Assembly: GCA_964016885.1 (NCBI GenBank)
Contig: OZ024741.1
Coordinates: forward strand, 307,830,001-307,894,000
DNA: 64,000 bases
Reading direction: 5' to 3'
Source of the DNA: Eledone cirrhosa
Taxonomy: Eukaryota
Shown here: in pieces, positions 41,073 through 54,104 of the stretch
Numbering within the stretch: the stretch's first letter is position 1
How the letters are laid out: the number at the start of each line of letters is the position of its first letter
Translations under genes and position numbers: made by a program
Notes under the pieces: model-generated
Seen by the model: the letters and a program-made list of their open reading frames with translations, nothing else
What the model was told of the DNA's origin: nothing
The model's database searches: none

Positions 41073-41868
41073 TAAAATATGTCTTTAGAATCACTAGATA
41101 TAATATATACCATTTCCTCTCCCAATTAGCATAATTAACCATATAAAAAATCAATTAGACAAAGCTATAAGAATAAAGGCTCCTATGAAGAAATCTCCGA
41201 CAAATAACCGAAAGCAGCCCCTTCGCGCCGGCAACGATAGATTATTTATCTAACATTTCTACAGCATGTAAAATTCGACCAGATATACAGTCAACCAAAC
41301 ACAATTAGGTGTAAAAATTGAACTTAGAAGAATTGTGTACATACCAAATTACCTCTACCATGGTTTCATCCTTATTTTAAGACATCCGATAACGGAATGT
41401 CTAGAGTTTCGGAATCATCAGGAGCGAACTCAAAATTAGACATTTAATTTTCCAAAGTGATCGCGCCAAAAATACATTAAAAAATGGCTAAGAATCGTGA
41501 CGTGGCAGCGGTCAAGTTAGAAAGGATGTGATTAGTTGCTTACAGCGAGTAGGCTTAATGCTAGAAAGTGCAGCCTAATACCGCCAAATTGTATCTCAAC
41601 CTAACGGGAGATTATTACATATAAAGGTTTACATACATATATATAAAAAGTCATAGATATATATGTGTTTTGCAACAGGTCACGTTGTGGCTCAATGAAA
41701 AATTAATAAATTAAACAATCAGAGCTATATATCATAAAATATATCTTTAGAATCACTAGATATAATATATACCATTTCTTCTCCCAATTAGCATAATTAA
41801 CCATATAAAAAATAAATTAGACAAAGCTATAAGAATAAAGGCTCCTATGAAGAAATCTCCGACAAATA
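41064..41868 (-). mobile_element. (TA)n-embedded element of ~1.2 tandem copies of a 662-bp unit
   Basis: 41071-41207 recurs at 41733-41868 (offset 662). Confidence 0.75.
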
Positions 41869-41999
<131 letters not shown>

Positions 42000-42488
42000 T
42001 ACTGGTGTGTAGCGTTTAGTTCCTGTTGGTTCACCAGTTTGAGTGTTTGTGTTTGACCACTCAATACTAATATGGGTCCAGCTGCCGATGTTGTATTCTG
42101 CGATTGATATTTCACCGTATTCTATATCCTTAAGAAGCAGAATCCTAATAATGTTAATAATAACGATCAGTATAACATCATTACGTTTATTTACACATGA
42201 CGCGTGTTTCTTGATCGGCTAGCTCAAGGTACGATTGGTAGTGATCGCAGTCGACTCTGAAACTCATGATAGCTCATAACACATGTGGATCCTCGAATGA
42301 ATGTAGATATCTCTGCGACAACGTTGTATATACCTAAGGGGTTACCGATTCGTATTGTAACCATGGCGCCCTGAATCAATGGAGATGTTTCGATCGAGTT
42401 CGCTCTGCGCAGAGAAACATATCACTATGTGCCTATATATATATATATGTATATCTATCTGTATAATATATATATGTATATATATATT

Positions 42489-42518
<30 letters not shown>

Positions 42519-42519
<1 letters not shown>

Positions 42520-42685
42520 AAAAGGTAAACAGATATAACAACACAATCTGTACAGTATATAGAAGGAATATATTAGGTTAACGCTTGAAATAGCAGGAAG
42601 AGAGCCTTAACGTTTCGGACGCTTGTCCTTCATCAGAAGAAAGAACGAGATATTAGATAGAGTGAAGGGAGGGGCGGGGTGGAAA
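42519..42685 (-). mobile_element. Solo PLE pseudo-LTR with minimal hammerhead (42605-42640)
   Basis: Matches 7170-7335; minus TCTT-CTGATGA-A-GGAC-AAGC-GTCC-GAAA-CGTT-AAGG with intact ACGT palindrome. Confidence 0.8.
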
Positions 42686-42705
42686 TGGAAAACATGTCTT
42701 TAGAT

Positions 42706-42846
42706 AGATATATTTCTTTATTAGCCACAGGGGCACAAAAGAAGGGGACAAATACAAAGGGGGAAGTTTACATACAATAAAAACGTGTAAAATGTTATCA
42801 CAGATGGAATTTAAAAGTTAGTCGATTTTCCCCAATAGAGGGAGAC

Positions 42847-42847
<1 letters not shown>
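42706..42847 (-). repeat. LINE 3'-tail fragment duplicated at 43795-43935
   Basis: Near-identical 140 bp beside (GATA)n. Confidence 0.7.
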
Positions 42848-42933
<86 letters not shown>

Positions 42934-43357
42934 GAATGCATTACCAAGTAGGTAATAATCATAACGCTCCGAATTTGATCCCATTGTAAGGCATTATGGA
43001 CAGATATCTTTTACCACAGCTTTCAGTCGTGACAGAACTTGGGCGGAAACAGTGGAAGTGCATCGGATGAAATAAGGTCAAGCTTTGTCAGACATCGCAT
43101 CACATCAATTCGGACAACTTGGCATCTTGGACAAATATTTAACCCAAAGTCTCAGATAGACCCAAACCTCGTGAGTGAACTTGTAAAGATCAAATGTGTG
43201 GAAGTCTATCATATGGGTTATACCTGCGATTGCCATATACAATGTCACACCGATTCTACCTGAGGATTACGCCAAGAGTACATGGATCTGTAAAATGCTC
43301 AGCTATCTGCACGTTAATTTTACGAGATCTCTATTGAACTCATCGAACAACTGATAT

Positions 43358-43415
<58 letters not shown>

Positions 43416-43417
<2 letters not shown>

Positions 43418-43613
43418 CAAAGGAATTGTGGTAAGGAACCAGATGGTCCATAACGCACCAGAGTACTCAATACTTAGAGTAGTAGAGTGGGAAATATGAA
43501 AAAGTATGACCCCGACGGCAGAGCTCAAGCCGTTTCGACTGCTATTTCTGGACTCAAGAGAAATAGCCGTCGAAACGGCGTGAGCTCTGCCGTCGGGGTC
43601 ATACTTTTTCATA
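43416..43613. mobile_element. Short foldback repeat family (copies at 54573-54732 and 57658-57766)
   Basis: 55-bp inverted arms 43495-43549 / 43559-43613 with 2 mismatches; shared body gtggtaaggaaccagatgg.ccataacgcac.agagtactcaatact. Confidence 0.75.
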
Positions 43614-43646
43614 GATATATATATAGAGAGAGAGAGATAGATAGAG

Positions 43647-43694
<48 letters not shown>

Positions 43695-43698
<4 letters not shown>

Positions 43699-44173
43699 TT
43701 CTTTATTTACCATAAAGGCATAAAAAGAAGGGACAAATACAAAGGGGGAGTTTACATATAATCGAGTAAAAAGGGTGTAATAGATAGATAGATAGATAGA
43801 TTTCTTTATTAGCCACAGGGGCACAAAAGAAGGGGACAAATACAAAGGGGGAAGTTTACATACAATAAAAACGTGTAAAATGTTATCACAGATGGAATTT
43901 AAAAGTTAGTCGATTTTCCCCAATAGAGGGAGACAGTTTATATGGGTAACACAGACCCCCGAAAAAAATGTGCAACCCTCATCTCCAGGAGTACGAAGAG
44001 CTTGTACTCCTTTCCTCTCCTCCTCCTTTTCCTCAACCTACAGGCTGATATAGAGAGAAGGCCCATTCACTCGGGCCATTCTCGCCACTTTCACCCACCT
44101 TTCATAAAACTTGCTGGGGTACAGCACCTCTCTCTCCATCCTGATTCTTCTTCCAAAGTGGTATTTGAAAAAA
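43695..44173 (-). pseudogene. Tx1-type LINE 3' end (ORF2 C-terminus plus 3' UTR) inserted in (GATA)n
   Basis: FFKYHFGRRIRMEREVLYPSKFYERWVKVARMARVNG then stop and a T-rich tail running into (TCTA)n. Confidence 0.55.
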
Positions 44174-44916
44174 AGATAGATAGATAGACAGATAGATAGA
44201 TAGAGCCATCTACACGTTAATTTTACGAGATCTTTATTCCACTGATCGAACAACTAAAGCACTCCTCGTCACATCGACTGAGGTCCATCCAGTTGTGTGT
44301 CACAACTTGGAAATTACTTTCTGGGTACACGTGTCTGTGGAATATTAAACCACTTTCACGTTAACTCAATTAAATAGTCAACAGACAGAATGCTCATATT
44401 TGAAACCGACACGGGATCCATCATCATCATCATCATAATCAAGCATTTGCGCCAGGTCTCTTATCTAAGTAAAATGTCCCCCCTTTTGAACATCAGTTGG
44501 ATGGGACAACGTAAAGGATCAACACTTTCTTGCTCTAATCCAGAGTAAGGTGTTGTTGTTATTGTTGTTGTTGTTGTTGTTGCTGTTATTTTTATTATGT
44601 TTGTTAAATTTGTCTTTCGTTAGCCCTAGATCAGCTTTTAACAAACCTACCCATGATTAAAGCATTCCAGGATTACACAGCTAATGTGTCTTTCCTTTAA
44701 TGTGTAAAAGTGAGTGAGATTTAGCTACTGTTTCTAGCAGAAAGAGAAGAGTACGTTAGTTTGCCGTGGGTGGTTTGAGGGTGAGGAAGGTGGAAACAAT
44801 TTGAGCCGTATTTAGATCGGTTTAATCCCTTTCTGAAAATTGTGTTAATCCGGTGGGCAATAGCAGGGTATTTTATATTATCATTATATAATTATTATCT
44901 TTATTACCATAGTATT

Positions 44917-44932
44917 ATTGTTGTTGTCGTTG

Positions 44933-45027
<95 letters not shown>

Positions 45028-45041
45028 GGTGGTTGTAGTTA

Positions 45042-45105
<64 letters not shown>

Positions 45106-45106
45106 G

Positions 45107-45162
<56 letters not shown>

Positions 45163-45198
45163 GGTAGTAGTAGTAGTAATAGTAATAGTAGTAGCACC

Positions 45199-45248
<50 letters not shown>
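44917..45248. repeat. (TAG/TTG/TGG)n microsatellite
   Basis: Directly visible. Confidence 0.95.
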
Positions 45249-45366
45249 CTTATCTGATTTAAGACAAAATGATGTGAAAATGCTCCTTTTTCGCTTGAAT
45301 GAACACATTGTAAATATTTGAGTCTGAATCAATTTGACGTAAAACGGGATAGAGAGAGTGAGCAGG

Positions 45367-45470
<104 letters not shown>

Positions 45471-45485
45471 CATACATACATACAT

Positions 45486-45878
45486 TTAGATGCCAATATA
45501 ATATCAAAGATTAGTGAAAAGGAGAATAGTTATGCAGAACTGATGAGAAATCTGCAGATACTCTACCCTGATTACACCTTCAGATTTATGCCTGTGATTA
45601 TTGGGGCACTGGGGTATGTTAGTAACTGCCTCAATACAAATCTTGAGAAGCTAGGCTTCACAGGAACAGAAAGAACACAACTAGTTAGGAAATTACAAGT
45701 ACAATCCATTAATGGAACAGTAAAAATATGTAAAACATTCCAAAAATTTTGCATCTAATAACTGCATATACACATGTTTGATGTTGTTTAAATTCCAATG
45801 AGAGAGTCTTGTGTCTATGTTAGAAACCGACTCTCTCACTATTGGTAAAACTTTGTGAAATTATAAAACCAGAAAAAT
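45486..45878 (+). pseudogene. 3' fragment of an RLE-type (R4/Dong-like) non-LTR retrotransposon
   Basis: [38 protein letters not shown] matches the K-x-x-(K)-Y..PIxIGALG tail of restriction-like endonucleases; (TACA)n on both sides. Confidence 0.7.
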
Positions 45879-45903
45879 ATACATACATACATACATACAT
45901 ACA

Positions 45904-45937
<34 letters not shown>

Positions 45938-46044
45938 CATACATATACACACACACACGCATATATATATATATATACATACATATATATATATATATAC
46001 ATACATATATATATACATACATACACACACACATATATATAAGC

Positions 46045-46079
<35 letters not shown>

Positions 46080-46366
46080 GGGCTTGTATATTTACATACA
46101 CACACATAAAAACACATTTTTCTTTTAAATGTCGATGTATGATTCTGTGTGTATACGGTGTCGAGTCTGATCATCTCTTTTTCTCGACAAAAGCTAGAAA
46201 CTCTGACGCCAGGAGACAACAGTTAAGAAGCCAAGTTGAACGCGGGATTGGAACTCAGAACCTAAAAATTCAGGTCAAAAATCCAGGTCAAATATCACCC
46301 TACTGATTCTATCAAGCAACACCAACCAATACACTCAAATAATTCGGATAATTCCAGATCTTATAA

Positions 46367-46572
46367 TGATTTCCATTTAGGTACAAGGCCAACAAATCTG
46401 GAGGGGGTTCGGATAATCGATTATACTGATCCCAGTACTTTATTGATTACTTTATTCTATTGACCCCAGAATGAGAAAAGACAAAGTGGACCTCGGTGTG
46501 ATTTGAAATTAAGACGTAGAGTGCCAGAAAGAAATATATTTCATTCAATGCGCTAACGATTCTCTTAATCAC
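46367..46572 (-). mobile_element. SINE family A, old diverged copy
   Basis: ttaggtacaaggcc..tactttattctattgacccc..aaagtggacctcgg..atttgaa. Confidence 0.6.
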
Positions 46573-47197
46573 CACACGGTCCCCCGGATCTTATAATACC
46601 CTATGCACAAAATGGCCTAAATGTACAATGGACTAAAATACAAGTGTACTTACTTACTTATAATAGGCTAGCAGTAGATTTCCATTAACTGGAGCTTATA
46701 ATACTGTTAATTATACAAATAAGATAAAAGCCCAGGTAAATGGCGCTAATATTTAAATAGTTACGTATATGGGGGAAAAGTTATAGCTAATTTGTTGTGA
46801 TCGTTGTTCTTGATGATGATACTGTTATTATTGCTATTATGGCTCACACATGCGCATGATATGCCGGCCTCCAATTATGTATTTCATAGACGGTCTCTTG
46901 ATTGCTTTAATGATAGGGACTATCAAACTAATTCACCAGTACAATTTCATAGTGATATAAAGAGGGCAACAGCACATTCTATTGACGGTAGTCAAGTGAA
47001 GAGTAAGTTAGACGGAAGAAACAACGGAGGTTCACTTACCGAAGTATCTGTACAGCATGTTGTGAAGGACTAAAGGAACATTGAATGACTACAATTGTAT
47101 AGGCAGGGTTAATAGTACTATTAGGTAGACCTAGGTCACAAGAGATGTAGATACACTATGTCTATATATATATATATACATACATATATATATATAT

Positions 47198-47282
<85 letters not shown>

Positions 47283-47313
47283 TGTATATGTGTATGTACA
47301 TATATATCATATG

Positions 47314-47362
<49 letters not shown>

Positions 47363-47709
47363 CATATGTAGATAAGTATATATTATATATATGTATATAT
47401 GTATGTATTATATGTAGATAAGTATATATTATATATATATTGAGAGAGAGAGAGATAAATAGATACATGTGTATGCGTGTATGTGTGTATGTATGGGTAT
47501 GCGTGTATGTCTCTCTCTCTCTCTCTTTCTCTGTGTGTGTGTGAGGATGTGAGTATGTGCGCGTGTGTGTATCGAGGGTAAAGAAACAAAGAGAAATAAA
47601 CAAATAGAATGACATGCAGACTGACAGACACCACAAATACAGAGAGACAGGTGGATAGCTTGACAATCAGATTTCTACACTAACACACACACACATACAC
47701 ACACGCACA

Positions 47710-47744
<35 letters not shown>

Positions 47745-47749
<5 letters not shown>

Positions 47750-48250
47750 GAGAAGAAAGAAGAATAATGCGTGGTTGCACATGGGTTACATATGATAAAA
47801 ATAGTCCTTCGTCAGTGATTTTCCAACCATCATTGGTATTTCATCGCATTAAAAATCATATACCTCAGGTTGGTGCGAGCAATAACTAAAAAAAGTTATT
47901 GGGACCAGTAAATCGCGTAAAGCGAGGGGGACAAGTGAACAACATAGAAGGATAAAAGCAAACCAAAGAAAGGAAATAAACAAGCAACATGGTAGTCCTG
48001 GTCAGCATAAACTGGGTGGATTTCATGAGCGAAAGGTGCAGACACGTCCAGTGTGAGTGGGATGTAAGCAAAAAGAGACCCACTGTTAGCCAAACGGGAG
48101 GAAGTGAGAAGGGGAGAAACAGAGAGTGAGTGGGAGTGCGAGGAAGCGGTCAGTCGAGAGAAGTGTAATTGACAGAGGGGGCGAAAGAAGGTGAGAGAAA
48201 CAGAGAGAACGGGGAAGCTGTAAGAGAGAAAAGACAAACGCAGCCGAGGT
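47745..48250 (-). mobile_element. Diverged homolog of the 18288-19068 pLTR-type element
   Basis: Shared cattggtatttc, gtgcgagc.ataactaaa and caacatggtagt blocks. Confidence 0.6.
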
Positions 48251-48290
48251 GTATATGTATATATATATATATATACGTATCTATCTATAA

Positions 48291-48358
<68 letters not shown>

Positions 48359-48630
48359 TATCTCTCTCTCTCTCTATATATATATATATAACCAAAAGTC
48401 TATATGGTTCGTTGATTATTCAACGAATACAATTTTACAATAGAATAGAAGCACTCGACAGTAATTTATCTGGAGTATTTAATTTTATTCAAAATATTAA
48501 TAAATGAAAAATATTCTCATAGCCAAAATAATAATATTTTGAATAATATATATATATATATATATACGTATATATACATACATATATATATATACATATA
48601 TATATATATATGCATATATATATATATATA

Positions 48631-49117
48631 GTATTAAGGATACTATTTATGGTTATGTATATACTAAAACCTTTTATAGTTATATATATTTTAAACCCTA
48701 AATAGTGAAAGACAGTAATTTATTACTACCTTATTACCAGTAAGATAAATAGCTCAATGTAATAACATCAGTTGTTCTACAGAGCAGTTATATAGAGATT
48801 ACATGAATCAAAGTTCTGTTTAAACCATTTATTCGCTTACAATTGTTTCTTGCAAACCGAGGTTTGGAGTAATTTTTCGATGATTGTTAATATGACTTTA
48901 ATCTTTGAATGTAAATTGCCATGCTAAAATATTATAATGGATGTCAACCCACTGTGCATCAATATATACATATGTTTCTGTATTTCTCTTGTGTTGAAAA
49001 GGAGGTCATGTATGTAAACAATCATTGAAAAATTGCTCCGAAGACTCCAAACCTCGGTTTGGAAGAAACAATTGTAAGCGAATAAATGGTTTAAACAGAA
49101 CTTTGATTCATGTAATT

Positions 49118-49118
<1 letters not shown>
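48631..49118. mobile_element. pLTR-type element with inverted duplication
   Basis: 48795-48890 is the reverse complement of 49017-49118. Confidence 0.7.
49033..49081 (+). ncRNA. Minimal type I hammerhead with CCGAAGA (U4C) core
   Basis: TTGCT-CCGAAGA-C-TCCAAAC-CTCG-GTTTGGA-A-GAAA-CAATTG-TA-AGCGA then AATAAA; 7-bp stem II, palindromic stem III. Confidence 0.7.
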
Positions 49119-49193
<75 letters not shown>

Positions 49194-49313
49194 GATGTAT
49201 ATATATATATATGTATATATATATAGTTAAATAAAATAACAAGGACGGTCGGTTACTCCTTCATTACGTTTATTGGTAATGGAAAAATGAATTTTTCCAT
49301 TACCATTACAAGG

Positions 49314-49398
49314 GGTCTGACGAGCCGCGGTTTACAGAGTCGGGTCAGATCGATACAGATTGAACCTTGAGCTGGTCAGTGGCGAAACGCGCGTCACC
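49314..49398 (+). ncRNA. Type I hammerhead with canonical core, in a pLTR-type element (49228-49552)
   Basis: GGT-CTGACGA-GCCGC..GTGGC-GAAA-CGCGCG-TC-ACC; 49231-49277 is an inverted copy of 49400-49445. Confidence 0.8.
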
Positions 49399-49549
49399 AA
49401 CCAATAAACGTAATGAAGGAGTAACCAATCGTCCTTATTTTATTTCATTATAATACACTCTGTCTAGCTCTACACCACGACGCCGAAGTGAACCTAAACA
49501 TCGAGTGCTCACCCGGGTGAACCTACAGTAACTCCGTGTTACACTCCCT

Positions 49550-49589
<40 letters not shown>

Positions 49590-50534
49590 TACATCACCCT
49601 ATTAAAAATATATATACATTTATATCAGGTTTATGAGAATAAAAGAAGAAATTAAAGACGCAAAAATTACATCGTCATACAAATAAACCATACAATAAAA
49701 ACAACCATGAAAATAAAGGCCACCACAACAACTGTAAGTACAACAACAACAGAAACCACAGTATCACTGCTGTTACACTATCATCAATAACGAGACACAA
49801 CAACAACAATTATAATAACTACAGATAAAGGTAGAAAAAAACAACAACGAGAACAAAGAATAGAATCAAAACAACTAAAATAAAACTTACCACAACCACC
49901 ACAATAACTGTAAGTACAGCAACAACAACAACAACAATAATAATAATAATAACGATAACAACAACAGCAACAACAATAACAACAACAACCACAGCAACAC
50001 TGCTGTTTCGCTATCATCAATAACGGGAAGCCACAACAGATCGAAGCAATATGTCTAGCTTAGTAATGATCTTAGTATGAAGTCCATTATAAAACAAAAT
50101 GAAGGACAAGAAAGACAAAACAAAACAAAATCCCTTAAATAAATAAATAAATAAATGATAACGATAATAATAATAGTAATAATAATAATAATAGTAATAG
50201 TAATAATAATAGTAAAAACACAAAGGAGTAAACAACAACCACAACAACAAAAAACTGTTTCATCGTTTTCATCACATAGGAGTTTTTTCTTTGTTATGTC
50301 TATCTTGGATACTATTGGTAGTGGTAGATAGAGGGCGCTATGTGGTGGTTGGCTGGTTGGTGGGAGGGTGGGTGTTATGTAGTAGGTACTGTTGGGTGAT
50401 GGGTGCTGGTGATAGGCAGATGATCAGATTGTGATGATGGCAGTGATGGTTGTGATTGTAATGATGATGATAGTAGTGATGAAGATGCTCGTAGTGGTCG
50501 TGGTGGTAGTAGAGTGGGCATAGGTGCTGGGAGA

Positions 50535-50791
50535 TTTTGATGGCGATGATGATGATGGTGTTGGTGGTGATGCTGGTGGTGGTGGTGATGGTAGTGGTGA
50601 TGGTGATGGTGGTGGTGGTGGTGGTGGTGATGGTGGGGGTGATGGTGATGGTGATGGTGATGGTGGTGGTGGTGGTGGTGATGGTGATGGTGACGGTGGT
50701 GGTGATGGTGGTGGTGATGGTGATGGTGATGGTGATGGTGGTGGTGATGGTGGTGGTGATGGTGATGGTGATGGTGGTGGTGGCGGTAGTG

Positions 50792-50823
<32 letters not shown>

Positions 50824-51540
50824 GATGGTGGTGGTGGTGGTGCTGGTGGTGGTGGTGTTGGTGGTGGTGCTGCTGGTGGTGGTGGTGGTGGTGGTGGTGG
50901 TGATGGATATGATAATGGTGGCAGTAGTAGTGGTGGTGGTGGTGGTGGTAGTGGTGGTGGTGGTGCTGGTGGTGGTGGTGGTGATGGATATGATAATGGT
51001 GGCAGTAGTAGTGGTGGTGGTGGTGGTGGTGGTAGTGGTGGTGGCTGTGATGATGGTGGCAGTAGTAGTGATGGTGGTGGTGTTGTTGGTGATGGTGGTG
51101 GTGATGGTCATGGTGATGGTGGTGGTGGTGGTGGTGTTGTTGGTGATGGTGGTGGTGTTGTTGGTGATGGTGGTGGTGTTGTTGGTGATGATGGTGGTGT
51201 TGGTGATGGTGGTGGCTGTGATAATGGTGGCAGTACTAGTGATAGTGGTGGTGGTGGTGGTGGTGGTGGTGGTGGTGGTGGTGGCGGTGATATTGGTGGC
51301 AATACTAATGATAGTAGTGGTGTTGTTGGTGATGGTGGTGTTGGTGATGATGATGATGGTGTTGATGGTGGTTGTGATAATGGTGGCAGTAATAGTGATG
51401 GTGGTGGTGAGGTTGGCAGTGGTGGTGGTGGCGGTGATGACACGGTGGTGTTGGTGGCGGCAGTGGTGGTGGTGATGTACGTGGTGCAAGTGGTGGTGAT
51501 GGTGGTGGTGATGATGATGGTGGTGTTGGTGGTGGCGGTG
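50535..51540. repeat. (GGT/GAT)n trinucleotide field
   Basis: Directly visible. Confidence 0.95.
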
Positions 51541-51721
51541 AATGTTCGCCAAATTGCATGGAAAATTATAAAGATATATGATACGAGTTTGACTGACGTA
51601 TAAATATATAAGCTCAGGGTTATTTGTTATGTTGCAGGATGGTTTTATATGTGACTGTGTGAGGGTGTGTGTGTGTGTTTCTCTATCTCTATTTGCGTGT
51701 GTGTGTGTGTGCATGTGTGTG

Positions 51722-51795
<74 letters not shown>

Positions 51796-51980
51796 TTTTT
51801 TTTTTGACAGAGAATATCTGTTGCTTGTTCCGCTTGAGTGGTCAAGAAGAACAGTTCCGTGTAGATAGATCTTGATGATATATATGTATATGTATACGTA
51901 TATGTATATGTATACGTAATTATATATATATATAAATATATATAAATGTATATGTGTATCTGTGTATATCTGAATTTATG

Positions 51981-52017
<37 letters not shown>

Positions 52018-52040
52018 ATCTGTGTATATCTGAATTTATG

Positions 52041-52101
<61 letters not shown>

Positions 52102-52140
52102 ATATATATATATGTGTGTGTGTCTGTGTATATGTGAATT

Positions 52141-52175
<35 letters not shown>

Positions 52176-52693
52176 ACACACGTCTTCTGAGTTTGATTGA
52201 TAGGCAAACGACATACACACATCTGTATGTGTGTGTATTTATAGCGTTGGGTGGGGTTGGGGGGAGTTGAAGCAGGAGATTTAAAGAGAAAGGTGTGGCT
52301 TTTGAGTAGTAGGAGTAAAGAATAGAATGAGGAAGAGTTGACAGGTATAGTGGTATTTCAAAAGTTGGCACTTGTGAGATAGAGTCTAGCAGATTTATAA
52401 TAGTGAAATGAGTAGCTGAGATTATCCCAGCAATTAGTGAATAATGTCGTCATCTGGAGTTATCTCCCTTTGTAGTCATATTTCTTGCTTTAAATGATCC
52501 TAGAGGACGCTTTTGTGTGAGTCTATCGGGCGTAGAAACAGTTAGTAGTCGCTAGCATACTCCCACCATGAAAGAGCTAGATAAAGTGACAAGGTTAAAA
52601 CTTCGAAGTCACTGCTAGCTTTCTACTCAGAAAATATCATTTATTCTCTATTTACAAAAATTTAATGCTCCTTTAATGAATGTATGAATGTTT

Positions 52694-52730
<37 letters not shown>

Positions 52731-52911
52731 GTGGATGAATACCTCAACAGGTACAATGTACTTGTAGAAATATTCAAGTTGTTTATAATACTTGTGGTTC
52801 AATGGTACTAATTCGAGATGCCAGAACAATATAAAAAGTAGCGAAGCAAGCTGTTATTAAACAATTCTCTAAATAAATTAAAAAACGATTTAAATAATCA
52901 CCTGTTCCATT

Positions 52912-52992
52912 GCTGTTACCGACGGTTTCATCATTCCAAAAGATTAGAAATCCAGAGAATTTCCAATGGAAAGAAATGGATCTTCAGACAGC
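52912..52992 (-). ncRNA. Type I hammerhead ribozyme
   Basis: Minus: GCTGT-CTGAAGA-T-CCATT..AATGA-T-GAAA-CCGTCGG-TA-ACAGC. Confidence 0.75.
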
Positions 52993-53380
52993 TTATTTCC
53001 ACGCCATAAGGTTGCAAGCCCCATAGCAAGTAAATATTTTGCTCCCTGCCCAACGCAAGCGGTCAAGCCGTTAAAATGACACACACGCAAAATCAGGTCG
53101 CTGATAATAGCTGTATATTATAAACATGTTGATATTGCCACTAAAATTAGCAGCATTATTCAACGTTTTGTTCTCTACATAAGGAGAAAAATTATAGAAG
53201 TGGATGAATACCTCAACAGGTACAATGTACTTCTAGAAATATTCAAGTTGTTTATAATACTTGTGGTTCAATGGTACTAATTCGAGATGCCAGAACAATA
53301 TAAAAAGTAGCGAAGCAAGCGGTTATTAAACAATTCTCTAAATAAATTAAAAAACGATTTAAATAATCACCTGTTCCATT

Positions 53381-53461
53381 GCTGTTACCGATGGTTTCAT
53401 CATTCCAAAAGATTGGAAATTCAGAAAATTTCGAATGGAAAGAAATGAATCTTCAGACAGC
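53381..53461 (-). ncRNA. Type I hammerhead ribozyme (second copy)
   Basis: Minus: GCTGT-CTGAAGA-T-TCATT..AATGA-T-GAAA-CCATCGG-TA-ACAGC. Confidence 0.75.
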
Positions 53462-53540
53462 CTATTTCCACGCCATAAGGTTGCAAGCCCCATATGCAAT
53501 GAAGGAATAATCAATCGTCCTTTTTATCCTTTCTATATAA

Positions 53541-53580
<40 letters not shown>

Positions 53581-53593
53581 ATACAGAAAAGGC

Positions 53594-53680
<87 letters not shown>

Positions 53681-54104
53681 CATATATAGGTATATAGGTA
53701 TGCGAATATAGTCAAAGGGACACACCCTCGGTGGTTTTCTCCCTCACTCAATGATATAATTAAGTTTGTATTATCAAAAATGCAAACCCAAATCATTAAG
53801 GTAATCAGTAAGAAAAATGATTTGGTGTGGTTAGATTCCCGAATCATACATAGTTTCTGCAGTTTGTATCTGTCAACAATAGTCTGACTAGAACCAACGT
53901 TCTCAGAAATTAGTTAATATCAGGAAACATTACGTAATCTGACTCAAAATCGCTTCCTCAACGTGTGTTAGCCTCCCAATAATGGAAAGGCCCGTTTCAC
54001 CAGCTAGTAAGACGCAGTGACAGTCATCACTGAGTGTAGTAGTAAACAGACTTTTAGTGACATGTGACTTCATATCAAACAGGAGGTAAGCCAAACCTGG
54101 GTCA

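Larger units (their letters stand above)
52724..53535 (-). mobile_element. (TA)n-embedded element of ~1.6 copies of a 469-bp unit with two hammerheads
   Basis: 52728-53024 recurs at 53197-53493 (offset 469). Confidence 0.85.

Noticed and set aside
50338-51714. 458-aa Thr-rich mucin-like ORF
   Set aside because: Pure (GGT/GAT)n field with no non-repetitive domain or exon evidence.
53010-53021. GGTTGCAAGCCC resembling the twister ribozyme P4 loop
   Set aside because: No 5' UAA, P2 or P1 partners can be formed, and it lies opposite to the HHR strand.
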